Shown here: one piece after another, positions 12,262-25,000 of the stretch
Numbering within the stretch: position 1 is the first letter of the stretch
Layout: each line of letters opens with the position of its first letter
Source of the DNA: Macrostomum lignano
Taxonomy: Eukaryota
Assembly (NCBI GenBank): GCA_002269645.1
Contig: NIVC01001059.1
Coordinates: 62,001-126,000 of the forward strand
Length of the DNA stretch: 64,000 bases
Direction: 5' to 3'
Translations under genes and position numbers: made by a program
The notes under the pieces: generated by a model
What the model saw: the letters and a program-made list of their open reading frames with translations, nothing else
The model's database searches: none
Told to the model about the DNA's origin: nothing

Positions 12262-12652
12262 AATGGGAATTTTGATCGGTGGAGACAGATTGATGGGGAT
12301 TTTGATCGGTAGGGACAGTGGGATGGGGATTTTGATCGGTAGGGACAGTGGGATGGGGATTTTGATCGGTAGGGACAGTGGGATGTGGATTTTGATCGGT
12401 AGGGACAGTGGGATGGGGATTTTGATCAGTAGGGACAGTGGGATGGGGATTTTGATCGGTAGGGACAGTGGGATGGGGATTTTGATCGGTAGGGACAGTG
12501 GGATGGGGATTTTGATCGGTGGGGATAGTGGGATGAGGATTTTGATCGGTGGGGATAGTGGGATGGGGATTTTGATCGGTACGGACAGTGGGATGGGGAT
12601 TTTGATCGGTGGGGATAGTGGGATGGGGATTTTGATCGGTAGGGACAGTGGG
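12262..12652. repeat. 30-bp minisatellite, ~13 copies
   Basis: Unit GGGATTTTGATCGGTAGGGACAGTGGGATG. Confidence 0.94.
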
Positions 12653-13086
12653 AGCCTGGGACAATTGCAAAATTCATCTGCAGTCAGCTCCATGAAGGCA
12701 GACAAAAACTTTGAACTCACTGAAGACGAGAAAGCCTCATGAGGTTTAGCAGCTCATATTTCAGTCACAGATGTCTGCAGAGCTCAGGTGCGACTGCGGC
12801 TGCGGCGCAAGGGAGGGCAGGCAGCCTGGTGCTCAGCATCGGATGCCAGCTGCTGACTCGGCAACTCAGGCTCCCCATCAGCGGGGATCTGACTTCTGAA
12901 AGCCGACACCTCCGGCAGAGCAGCTGCGTCAGTCAGCGGCCCCCCACCTCCAGTTCCAGTTGCCTGCCGCAGCAACGCGCAGCTCTGCTCTCAGAAGAAA
13001 GCAAACCGGGATTGACAGAATTGCTGCTTCTGAATAAATCTGACAGCGGGACAGCTGAAAGTTTGGGCAAGATCTGGGTCCGAGTG

Positions 13087-13645
13087 GGCGCCAGCTTCAG
13101 AAGGGCGCCAGCTACAGAGAGGCGCGAGCTACAGAGAGGCGCCAGCTATAGAGGAGGCGCCAGCTACAGAGGGGCGCCAGCTACAGAAGGGCGCCAGCTA
13201 CAGAGAGTCGCCAGCTACAGAGAGGCGCCAGCTACAGAGAGGCGCCAGCTACAGAGAGGCGCCAGCTACAGAGGGGCGCCAGCTACAGAGAGGCGCCAGC
13301 TACAGAGGGGCGCCAGCTACAGCTACAGAAGGGCGCCAGCTCTACAGAAGGGCGCCAGCTACAGAGGCGCCAGCTACAGAGGGGCGCCAGCTACAGAGAG
13401 GCGCCAGCTACAGAGAGGCGCCAGCTACAGAGGGGCGCCAGCTACAGAGAGGCGCCAGCTACAGCTACAGAAGGGCGCCAGCTCTACAGAAGGGCGCCAG
13501 CTACAGAGGCGCCAGCTACAGAAGGGCGCCAGCTACAGAGAGGCGCCAGCTACAGAAGGGCGCCAGCTACAGAGGCGCCAGCTACAGAAGGGCGCCAGCT
13601 ACAGAGAGGCGCCAGCTACAGAAGGGCGCCAGCTACAGAGAGGCG
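13087..13645. repeat. ~16-18-bp minisatellite
   Basis: Core GGCGCCAGCTACAGA. Confidence 0.93.
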
Positions 13646-13844
13646 CACGCTACAACTAGTTTGACACAGAATCAAGGTAAACTCACGGAATATTTGCGCC
13701 TCAATTATTGATATTTAATCCCAACTGGATGCGTTATTTTTCTTGTTCCTAAAAAAAACTCTGGGGTTGCCGGTGCTGAAATCGAGTTTCTCCAGACAGC
13801 AGGGACTGACAACAGCCTGGTGACGCAGGCAGGCAGCAGGCCAG

Positions 13845-14372
13845 TCTGTGCAAAATCAATCTGCGCGCTTGTGCCAGTGTGTGCAAATCAATCTGCGCGC
13901 TTGTGCCAGTGTGTGCAAATCAATCTGCGCGCGTGTGCCAGTGTGTGCAAATCAATCTGCGCGCTTGTACCAGTGTGTGCAAATCAATCTGCGCGCGTGT
14001 GCCAGTGTGTGCAAAATCAATCTGCGCGCTTGTGCCAGTGTGTGCAAAATCAACCTGCGCGCTTGTGCCAGTGTGTGCAAAATCAATCTGCGCGCTTGTG
14101 CCAGTGTGTGCAAAATCAACCTGCGCGCTTGTGCCAGTGTGTGCAAAATCAATCTGCGCGCTTGTGCCAGTGTGTGCAAAATCAATCTGCGCGCTTGTGC
14201 CAGTGTGTGCAAATCAATCTGCGCGCTTGTGCCAGTGTGTGCAAATCAATCTGCGCGCTTGTGCCAGTGTGTGCAAAATCAATCTGCGCGCTTGTGCCAG
14301 TGTGTGCAAAATCAATCTGCGCGCTTGTGCCAGTGTGTGCAAAATCAATCTGCGCGCTTGTGCCAGTGTGTG
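13845..14372. repeat. 30/31-bp minisatellite, ~17 copies
   Basis: Unit GTGTGCAAA(A)TCAATCTGCGCGCTTGTGCCA. Confidence 0.94.
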
Positions 14373-15570
14373 AGCTTAGCGAAATGACTGCAGACTCAAA
14401 TTGCGCGCTTCTGTCATGCGTGCTGAGTCAGGCGTCCCGCACCATCCGTCCCGATTTATAGGGGACATTTCTTCGGCTTGCAACGCAAGAACTTTTAAAG
14501 CAATTAAGATCCTCTCTGCATAAGCTTTAGGAGAATTTATGATATGCAGTGCTATACTGAGGCGCAGTGCTGATTGGCGCACAGGGGTGTACTGAATACA
14601 CTGGCGCTTATGGGAAAAATCCGACCTACTGGCAGAACCCTTGATTATCTTGACGGTCCGGAGGGTTGGCGACTTGTGTGCCTGCGTTGCTCCGTTCCGG
14701 CGCAGCAAAAGAATTGCCCTGGTAGATCAACCAGCAATTGCTTGATAAAAGCTGAACGCAAATCGTACATGCAATTACTGAGTAGGTTCAGTCACCAGCC
14801 AGTGAACAGGTGACTCGCGCAGACGGTCTGTCAATTTTATTTGATTTATTAAATTTACTGTGCGCAGACGCGTGGATGATGAGGGAGGCTGAGAATTAGG
14901 CAGAGGTGCTCAGGCATGAGCTGGATTGCGCAACAGGCGATTGGCTCGGCTTTAACGATCGCATTTCATACTGAAACATTATTATAAATAATAAGTTTAT
15001 ATATATGCTACTAAAAGCTGTCTTGCACAATAAATTATGTTAATAACAGCGGCACGCGGGGCACACAGCCACAGGGAACTCGGGAATGTACTTTTGAGCC
15101 AGACTGGCGGCACAGTGTATAATGAATAAAGTATAATGAAGGTTAATAAACTCGGGCTGGAATGTTGACAGCATAATGTACTGTAAAACTTATCATAATA
15201 GCAACAGTGGTGGCGTCTCAGTGCCCATGGAAATTTCGTAACGCACGCGTCCATAGCAACCAGTTTTCAATAAATCTAAATAGTAGCAGGGCGGACCCGA
15301 TGCGGTTGGTAGAAAAAGTGCGCGTATTAAAACAAAAAACAGTTAAAAACCAAAATGTTCGAATCATTCAGGGCGAGAGTTTATGTACAAGTATGCAGAG
15401 CCAACCGCATCCCGGCATGCTGGGTGGACAAGCAATTGCTTTACTCCTCAATAATCCTCTCAGACAACAGACTAATAACTAACAATAAAATTAGACTTGT
15501 ATAAAATAACCCTACAGTTACACAAGACGTTTGCACAGCTTCCAGTCTACATAACAGAATCTTCTTCAGT

Positions 15571-15876
15571 AGCATACTACTTCCGGTTCAGTAGTGTACT
15601 ACTTCCGGTTCAACAGTGTACTACTTCCGGTTTAGTAGTGTGCTACTTCCGGCTCAGTAGTGTACTACTTCCGGTTCAATAGTGTACTACTTCCGGTTTA
15701 GTAGTGTGCTACTTCCGGTTCAGTAGTGTACTACTTCCGGTCCAGTATTATACTACTTTCGGTTCAATAAGTATACTACTTCCGGTTCAGTAGTATACTA
15801 CCTCTAATTCACTAGTCCAATGCTTCCGTTTCGGTAGCACGTGCTACTTCCGGCTTATTGTTTACAGCACTTCCGG
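15571..15876. repeat. ~21-bp minisatellite downstream of the ATPase stop codon
   Basis: Core TAGTGTACTACTTCCGGTTCA. Confidence 0.88.
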
Positions 15877-16008
15877 CAGAATTAGCATACTACTCTATAT
15901 CCAACACAAATACATTGTTTTCCAATTGAACAGTTAAAAATTCACTATAATTCACAGACAGACGCAGCTAAACTGATTAGCAGAGAAGAGTTCACAGCAG
16001 GAAGTGTC

Positions 16009-19000
16009 TTAGAAGCTTTCCAGAAAATCCAGCCAGTTGTTCTTCACCCCGGATGGCCTCAGCCGGAGCACCAGTTTCCTGATCTCGTCGTACATGAGGA
16101 TGAGGAAGCCGAAGGGCATTGCGGGCAGCCACCAGGTGAAGCGGAGCGGCTGCATCTGCAGGGCCTGGTTCAGGTAGGGCACGTAGACCATCACGATGGC
16201 CAGGCCGGTCTCAAACAGCAGCGAGAAGGACAGGAAATGATTCCACATGCCCTGCTGCAGCAGCGAGTTGCTGCGGGTCTTGCAGGCCAGGAGGTTGGCC
16301 CACTGCATCACCACAATGCTGGCAAAGAAAGCCGAGTGAGCTGTGTACTCCAGGCGCTTGCGCTGGTAATAGGACTGCGGGCAGAGCGCAGGGGCTTTGT
16401 TTGAGCTTGGATTCTTTTTTTAATACTTCCGGAAAGGTGATCAATTTGGTTACAACAGTTCGCATAGCTGCAGATTCCTACCTTGGTCCCATGCTTACCC
16501 TAAATCTACTCCCGGTTCTATGTAGTTTCCTGCTTCCACTTTGATGTAGTTTCCTACTTCCGGCCCCATGTAGTTTCCTACTTCCGGTCCCATGTAGTTT
16601 CCTACTTCCGGCCCCATGTAGTTTCCTACTTCCGGCCCCATGTAGTTTCCTAATTCGGGTTCCATGTAGTTTCCTACTTCCGATCCCATGTAGTTTCCTA
16701 ATTCGGGTTCTATGTAGTTTCCTGCTTCCAGTTTCATATAGTTTCCTACTTCCGGTCCCATATAGTTTCCTACTTCCGGTCCCATATAGTTTCCTACTTC
16801 CGATCCCATGTAGTTTCCTGCTTCCAGTCCCATGTAGTTTCCTAATTCGGGTTCTATGTAGTTTCCTGCTTCCAGTTTCAAATAGTTTCCTACTTCCGGT
16901 CCCATATAGTTTCCTACTTCCGGTCCCATATAGTTTCCTACTTCCGGTCCCATATAGTTTCCTACTTACGGTCCCATATAGTTTCCTACTTCCGATCCTA
17001 TGTAGTTTCCTACTTCCGGTCCCATGTAGTTTCCTAATTCGGGTTCTATGTAGTTTCCTGCTTCCAGTTTCATATAGTTTCCGACTTCCGGTCCCATATA
17101 GTTTTCTACTTCCGGTCCCATATAGTTTCCTACTTCCGGTCCCATATAGTTTCCTACTTCCGGTTCTAATATAGTTTCCTATTTCCGGTTCTAATATAGT
17201 TTCCTATTTCCGGTTGTTTATAGTTTTGTGCTTCCGGTTCTGTATAGTTTCCTATTTCCGGTTGTATGTAGTTTTGTGCTTCCGGTTCTGTATAGATGTA
17301 GGCGTATATTTTCCAACTTACGGCTCTTAGTTCCCCACTTTCAGCATAAAGTTCTATCAAAACTGCCTTGTTTCTATTGAGCCTATTGAAAATCCTTAGC
17401 CACTTCACACGTACTTAGGGGGTTCAGCAGGTCACTTCCGGTTAGCCTACTTCACGGCCGCACTCACCCACTCCTGGCCGTAGCTGTCCTCCAGGTCCAC
17501 GATGCCCTCGCTGTCCCACACCCGCCGGATGCCGAACAGCCGGCGCGGCCAAAAGCCGTTCTCGGACAGCACGACGAAGTAGGTGAAGAAGCCGCCGGCC
17601 GCCTGCAAGATGCCGATGCGGGCGAAGGCCGAGCTGAGCAGCCGCTCGCTCACTAGGCGGTCCCGGCGCGGATTCCTGGGATCGCGGCGCATGATGTCGC
17701 TTTCAGCCTCCTCGTAGGCCAGGGAGACGGCCGGGGCCAGGTCTGTGCCGAGGTCGATGCACAGGATGGTGATAGTGCCCAGGGGCAGCGGGATGCTGAC
17801 CACCAGGAAGGACAGGAAGCAGATGACCTCGGGCATGTTGGAGGTCAGCGTGTAGGCGATGGACTTCTTGAGGTTGTCGAACAGGATGCGGCCCTCCTCG
17901 ATGCCCGTGACGATGGAGGCGAAGTTGTCGTCCGCCAGCACCATGTCGGCGACCTGCGGCGGCGGTTGGTAAAAACGGCTGAGGCTCAGATCCCCAATCC
18001 CTTGACAGGCTCAGATCCCAATCTTCTGACAGGCTCAGATCCCCAATCCCCTGACAGGCTCAGATTCCCAATCCCCTGACATGCTCAGATCCCAAATCCA
18101 ATGACAGGCTCAGATCCCCAATCCCCTGACAGGCTCAGATCCCCAATCCCCTGACAGGCTCAGATCCCAAATCTCCTGACAGGCTCAGATCCCCAATCCT
18201 CTGAAGGCTCAGATCCCAAATCTCCTGACAGGCTCAGATCCCCAATCCTCTGAAGGCTCAGATCCCCAATCCCCTGACAGGCTCAGATCCCCAATCCCAT
18301 GACAGGCTCAAATCCCCAATCCCCTTACAGGCTCAGATCCCAAATCTTGACAGGTTCAGATCCCCAATCCCGACAGGCTCAGATCCCCAATCCCCTGACA
18401 TGCTCAGATCCCGAATCCCCTGACAAGCTCAGATCCCCAATCCCCTGACAGGCTCAGATCCCCAATCTCCTGTCAGGCTCAGATCCCCAATCCCCCGACA
18501 GGCTCAGATCCCAAATCCCCTGACAGGCTCACCTGCTTGCTGATGTCGCTGCCCGCCAGGCCCATGGCGATGCCGATGTCCGCCTGCCTGAGCGCCGGCG
18601 AGTCGCTCACGCCGTCGCCAGTGACCGCCACCACGTGACCCAGGCGCTGGCAGCTCTCCACAATGACCAGCTTCTGCTGCGGGGTGGTCCTGGCGAACAC
18701 GAGCTCCCGGTGAGTGCGCACCAGCTCGTCCAGCTGGCCGCTGGTCATCTCGGCCAGGTCGGAGCCGTGCACCACGCAGGCGTCGGCCTCCCGCGGGTCC
18801 ACGTGGGACGGGTCGACGCCGCGCTCCAGTGCGATGTCCTCCGCCGTCTTGCTGCGGCTGCTGATGATGTCCACGTGGCGGGCGATGGCCTTCGCCGTGA
18901 TTGGGTGGTCGCCCGTCACCATGATGACCTGGAAAGGTGGCGGTGAGATTCGGGTGGGCAGTGGCTGAGATTCGGGTGAGCAGTGGCTGAGATTCGGGTG

Positions 19001-22000
19001 GGCAGTGACTGAGATTCGGGTGAGACAGTAGCTGAGATTCGGGTGAGACAGTGACTGAGATTCGGGTGGGCAGTGACTGAGATTCGGGTGGGCAGTGACT
19101 GAGATTCGGGTGGGCAGTGGCTGAGATTCGGGTGGGCAGTGGCTGAGATTCGGGTGGGCAGTGGCTGAGATTCGGGTGAGACAGTAGCTGAGATTCGGAT
19201 GAGACAGTGGCTGAGATTCGGGTGAGACAGTGGCTGAGATTCGGATGAGACAGTGGCTGAGATTCGGGTGGACAGTAGCTGAGATTCGCGAGATTCGCGA
19301 AAAGCTAGCACACGCTAGCAACTGCCTACTTATAAGTAGCAAAACACGAGCACGAACAGAAAAGTTCATCCCTGCGCTCTCCCAGCTCCTCACCTTGATG
19401 CCTGCGGAGCGGCACTTCTGCACGGCGTCAGGCACGGAAGCCCTGGGCGGGTCAATCATGGAGATGAGGCCGAGAAACCGCAGCCCCATGAGCGGGAAGT
19501 TCACCTCCTCGGCGTTGAACTCGTATCGCTCGTCGAATTCGTCAGCGGACAGGCGGAGGTCGCAGAAGCCGAGGACCCGCTCGCCCTGGCCGCCCAGCTC
19601 GTTGTAGGCGGCGAGAAAGGAGCGGCGCCACTGGTCGGAGGTCTGCACCTCGCGGCCGTCAACCAGCAGGTGCGAGCATCTGTCAAAGATGATCTCCGGA
19701 GCGCCCTTCATCACCAGTAGGAAGTTGGAGCCGCGCTCCCGCATCACGTGCACGGAGGCCTGGGGCGAGGCGGAGGGGTGAAGAGGCACTTCCGGTGAAT
19801 ATTCTTGCTTAGAGTGAAAAGGCAATACTAAGTCACTTCCGATCCAATATTCTAGTCACTTCCGGTTTCGAGGGAAAAGGCAATCCAATAGTCTAGTCAC
19901 TTCCGGTTTAGAGGGAAAAGGCAATCCAATATTCTAGTCACTTCCGGTTTAGAGGGAAAAGGCAATCCAATAGTCTAGTCACTTCCGGTTTAGAGGGAAA
20001 AGGCAATCCAATATTCTAGTCACTTCCGGTTTAGAGGGAAAAGGCAATCCAATAGTCTAGTCACTTCCCGCCTCACCTGGAATTTGTTGGCGCTGCTGAA
20101 CGGAACCTCGCAAATCTTGGGATGTTGGCGCCGGAACTCCGGCACGCCGCCCACGCACCACTCCATGTACTTGAGCAGCGCGGACTCGGAAGCGTCGCCA
20201 ATGCAGTCCCGCTGCAGAATCGGCTTTTCCTCTTCGCCGGCTTTGAACTCCGCCCGGCTGCACAGCATGGCGCACCGGCTGAGGGCTACCCAGTCAGGGG
20301 ACTGCGGAGGCGCCGGGGCCGCGCCTTCGCCCATCTGGACCTCCGCGATGCGGCCGCTCTGCCAGGTGTGCGTCACCGTCATCCGGTTCATTGTCAGCGT
20401 GCCTGGCGGGGGCGGCATGTGGTTTTTTAGTTGAACTCAAGTCTGTTGCTAGGCAGTTGCTATGTGGTTTTTTAGGTGAACTCAAGTCTGTTACTAGGCA
20501 GTTGCTATGTGTTTTTAGGTGAACTTAAGCCTGTTGCTAGGTAGTTACTATGTGGTTTTTAGGTGAACTCAAGTCTGTTGCTAGGCGGTTGCTACTCGGT
20601 TTTACACCCTCAATAGTCTAGCAATCCCGTTCGCCATCGCCCCCACGCCAGACTCACCGGTCTTGTCCGAGCAGATGACGCTGGTGGCACCCAGAGTTTC
20701 CACAGCCTCCAGGTTGCGGACGAAGCAGTTCTTCGAGGCCATGCGCTGGGCGGTGAGGGTCAGGCAGACGGTGACGGTGGCCAGGAGGCCCTCCGGGATG
20801 TTGGCCACGATGATGCCGATGAGGAAGATGATGGAGTCCAGCCAGTCGTACTGCATGGCGAAGGAGGCGATGAAGAAGGCGGCGCCCATCAGCACGGCGA
20901 TGACGGTGACGATGTTGATGAAGCGCTCGATTTCCCGGCCGATGGGGGTCTGGCGGGCGTCCAGCCCGGAGGCCAAGTTGGCGATGCGCCCGATGAGGGT
21001 GGCGTCACCAGTGCGGATCACAATGCCGATGCAGTTGCCTGGTGGGGGGTGGTGAAATTCCAGCTCAGGTTCATGTGCTCAATCGCAGCGGGTCTGAAGC
21101 CAGTGGGATAAAATCCCCATCTCAGGTGCTCACTCTCTGAAGCTAGTGGGATAAAATCCCCATCTCAGATGCCTCACTCCCTGAAGTCAGTGGGATAAAA
21201 TCCCCATCTCAGGTGCTCACTCCCTGAAGCCAGTGGGATAAAATCCCCATCTCAGGTGCCTCCTCACTCCCTGAAGCCAGTGGGATGAAATCCCAATCTC
21301 AGGTGCCTCCTCACTCCCTGAAGCCAGTGGGATAAAATCCCCATCTCAGGTGCTCACTCTCTGAAGCCAGTGGGATAAAATCCCCATCTCAGATGCCCCA
21401 CTCTCTGAAGCCAGTGGGATAAAATCCCCATCTTAGGTGCACACTCCCTGAAGCCAGTGGGATAAAATCCCCATCTCAGGTGTACACTCTCTGAAGCCAG
21501 TGGGATAAAATCCCCATCTCAGGTGCACACTCCCTGAAGCCAGTGGGATAAAATCCCCATCTCAGGTGCCTCCTCACTCCCTGAAGCCAGTGGGATAAAA
21601 TCCCCATCTCAGGTGCTCACTCTCTGAAGCCAGTGGGATAAAATCCCCATCTAAGGTGCTCACTCCCTGAAGCCAGTGGGATAAAATCCCCATCTCAGGT
21701 GCACACTCCCTGAAGCCAGTGGGATAAAATCCCCATCTCAGGTGCACACTCCCTGAAGCCAGTGGGATAAAATCCCCATCTCAGATGCACACTCCCTGAA
21801 GCCAGTGGGATAAAATCCCCATCTCAGGTGCACACTCCCTGAAGCCAGTGGGATAAAATCCCCATCTCAGGTGCACACTCCCTGAAGCCAGTGGGATAAA
21901 ATCCCCATCTCAGGTGCACACTCCCTGAAGCCAGTGGGATAAAATCCCCATCTCAGGTGCACACTCCCTGAAGCCAGTGGGATAAAATCCCCATCTCAGA

Positions 22001-25000
22001 TGCCTCACTCTCTGAAGCCAGTGGGATAAAATTCCCATCTCAGGTGCTCACTTCCTGAAGCCAGTGGGATAAAATCCCAATCTCAGGTGCCTCCTCACTC
22101 CCTAAAGCCAGTGGGATAAAATCCCCATCTCAGGTGCTCACTCTCTGAAGCCAGTGAGATAAAATCCCCATCTAAGGTGCTCACTCCCTGAAGCCAGTGG
22201 GATAAAATCCCCATCTCAGGTGCCTCCTCACTCCCTGAAGCCAGTGGGATGAAATCCCAATCTCAGGTGCCTCCTCACTCCCTGAAGCCAGTGGGATAAA
22301 ATCCCCATCTCAGGTGCTCACTCTCTGAAGCCAGTGGGATAAAATCCCCATCTCAGATGCCCCACTCTCTGAAGCCAGTGGGATAAAATCCCCATCTTAG
22401 GTGCACACTCCCTGAAGCCAGTGGGATAAAATCCCCATCTCAGGTGCACACTCTCTGAAGCCAGTGGGATAAAATCCCCATCTCAGGTGCACACTCCCTG
22501 AAGCCAGTGGGATAAAATCCCCATCTCAGGTGCTCACTCTCTGAAGCCAGTGGGATAAAATCCCCATCTCAGGTGCTCACTCCCTGAAGCCAGTGGGATA
22601 AAATCCCCATCTCAGGTGCTCACTCTCTGAAGCCAGTGGGATAAAATCCCCATCTCAGGTGCACACTCCCTGAAGCCAGTGGGATAAAATCCCAATCTCA
22701 GGTGCCTCCTCACTCCCTGAAGCCAGTGGGATAAAATCCCCATCTCAGGTGCTCACTCTCTGAAGCCAGTGGGATAAAATCCCCATCTAAGGTGCTCACT
22801 CCCTGAAGCCAGTGGGATAAAATCCCCATCTCAGGTGCTCACTCTCTGAAGCCAGTGGGATAAAATCCCCATCTCAGATGCCTCACTCTCTGAAGCCAGT
22901 GGGATAAAATTGCCATCTCAGGTGCTCACTTCCTGAAGCCATTGAGATAAAATCCCAATCTCAGGTGCTCACTCTCTGAAGCCAGTGGGATAAAATCCCC
23001 ATCTCAGGTCCCTACTCTCTGAAGCCAGTGGGATAAAATTCCCATCTCAGGTGCTCACTTCCTGAAGCCAGTGGGATAAAATTCCCATCTCAGGTGCTCA
23101 CTCCCTGAAGCCAGTGGGATGAAATCCCCATTTCAGATGCTCACTCCCAGCGGGTTTGACGCCACAAAGGATAAAATCCCCATTCTTGGGCACTTACCCT
23201 CAACAGCGTAGGTAGAGAAGAACGCCAGGTTCTCTGTCTCCAGCGGGTTCTCGCTGGTGTACTCCCTGGAGCGCACCTGGGGATCGGACTCGCCAGTCAG
23301 ACAGGAGTTGTCCACCTTGAAGCGCTGCGCATTGATGATGCGGACATCGGCTGGCACCTGGTCACCGGCGTTGATCTCGACGATGTCACCGCGGACGAGT
23401 TTGGAAGTGAGGACGCGGCGCTTCTCGCCGTCGCGCAGCACGAGCGCCTGCTGGGGCAGGCTCTCCTTGAACTTGTCGATGATCTGGGCGGACTGGTGCT
23501 CCTGCGGCGGACGGCGGGATGACAGATTTGTGACTCTGGGCGCATCGCACATTCTTTATTTAACACAACTAACTGACTGACTAACTGACTAACTAACTAA
23601 CTAACTAACTAACTAATTTGTTAACTAACTAAAAGGTGAAACTAAATTTAGGGACTCACCTGGTAGTAGGAGAAGCCACCGGTCACAGCGACCACCACCA
23701 CCAGCACGATACCGATGTACAGGTTGTCTGCCGGGGGGCTTTCGTAGGCGCCGAACTCCACGCCATAGGCGATGAAGCAGAGGATGGCGCCAATGAGTAG
23801 CAGCAGGGAGAAGCCGCTGAAGACGGTCTTGGCGATTTGAACCCACTGCGGCGCGGCGGACGGCGGCGTCAGCTCGTTCGGGCCCTCCTGGGCGAGGCGC
23901 GCATCTGCGTCCTCCTGCGGCAGGCCGTGCGACTCCGAGGACTGCATGTAGTCCATGAGCGCCGCAAGGTCCATGCGGTGCTCGTCCATCTCGAACTCCT
24001 GGCGGAGGTCATCTGTGCGGTGCGGCCGGCCAGTGCGAGAGCCCTTCTCGCCGCGAAGGGTCTCGGCGCGGACTGCCTGCCGGAAGCTGTTGTCTCTCTG
24101 TGGTGCAAGATTTATGAGGCGGAATTAATGTTGGCATTCTTGAAGAATATAAAACACAACTAGAGTTTTAGCCATGTTATTGCCATAAGCATATAAACAG
24201 ATATAAACATAGGAAGTTTACCTTGCATAGGCCTAAAATATTAATATAAGTCTTTGTCTACAATCATGATGTAAATCTAAACTTGTAGCAAGAGTGAATT
24301 CATTGCTAAAAACAATGCTAAATAGCAAAAAAGCTTTAGATCATCTTAGTTACTCATATTCAAACTGCCAAAGAAGCAGTTTAGAGTAATGAAAAAATAT
24401 AAGTACATTGTTATCAATAAATTTGAAACATTTATTTTTCAGAATGAAATGCTTTATATTGTGCTTATTTAAGTAAATGGAGAAATCAAAAATTGATTTC
24501 TATAAAGAGGGCTTATTTCAAGGAGGCTAAATATACAAATGGAAATATACTATTTTTAACAATATCAAACATAAGAAAAAAGTTTGTACAAGTCTAAATC
24601 AAAAGCTGTAGCTAATATAACCAGGCATTTACTGTAAAATTATGCTTAGATTTTTTCCAGACAGCTTGGATTTGATTTTATGAATCATAACTCATTTGAA
24701 ATATTTTTCTTTTGCTTAATCAGTTAATGCCCAATTGTGAAAGGTAAATAAAACTAACCAACTTGTTTTTCATTGGAAAAATATACTGTTAAAATACAGA
24801 AACTACCAAGTAAAACGCGCTATTGGTAAAAAAATGTTTTTTTCTAATTTAACTTCTCCAAATTTTCCAGTCCAGTGTCATGTAGTAATATCTAACTGAT
24901 TTTTATAAATGTACAAATAACTTATAACGAGAGAAGAAACAAAATGCTGGAAATCCTGTGGCTAGGAATTTCTTAGCAATAACCCTTTAGTATAGGAATT

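Noticed and set aside
9375-14461. Repeat-derived ORFs (RS-rich, LSDQ, PIKIP, Cys-rich CQCVQ)
   Set aside because: Each coincides with a minisatellite and is open in several frames; no splice or domain support.
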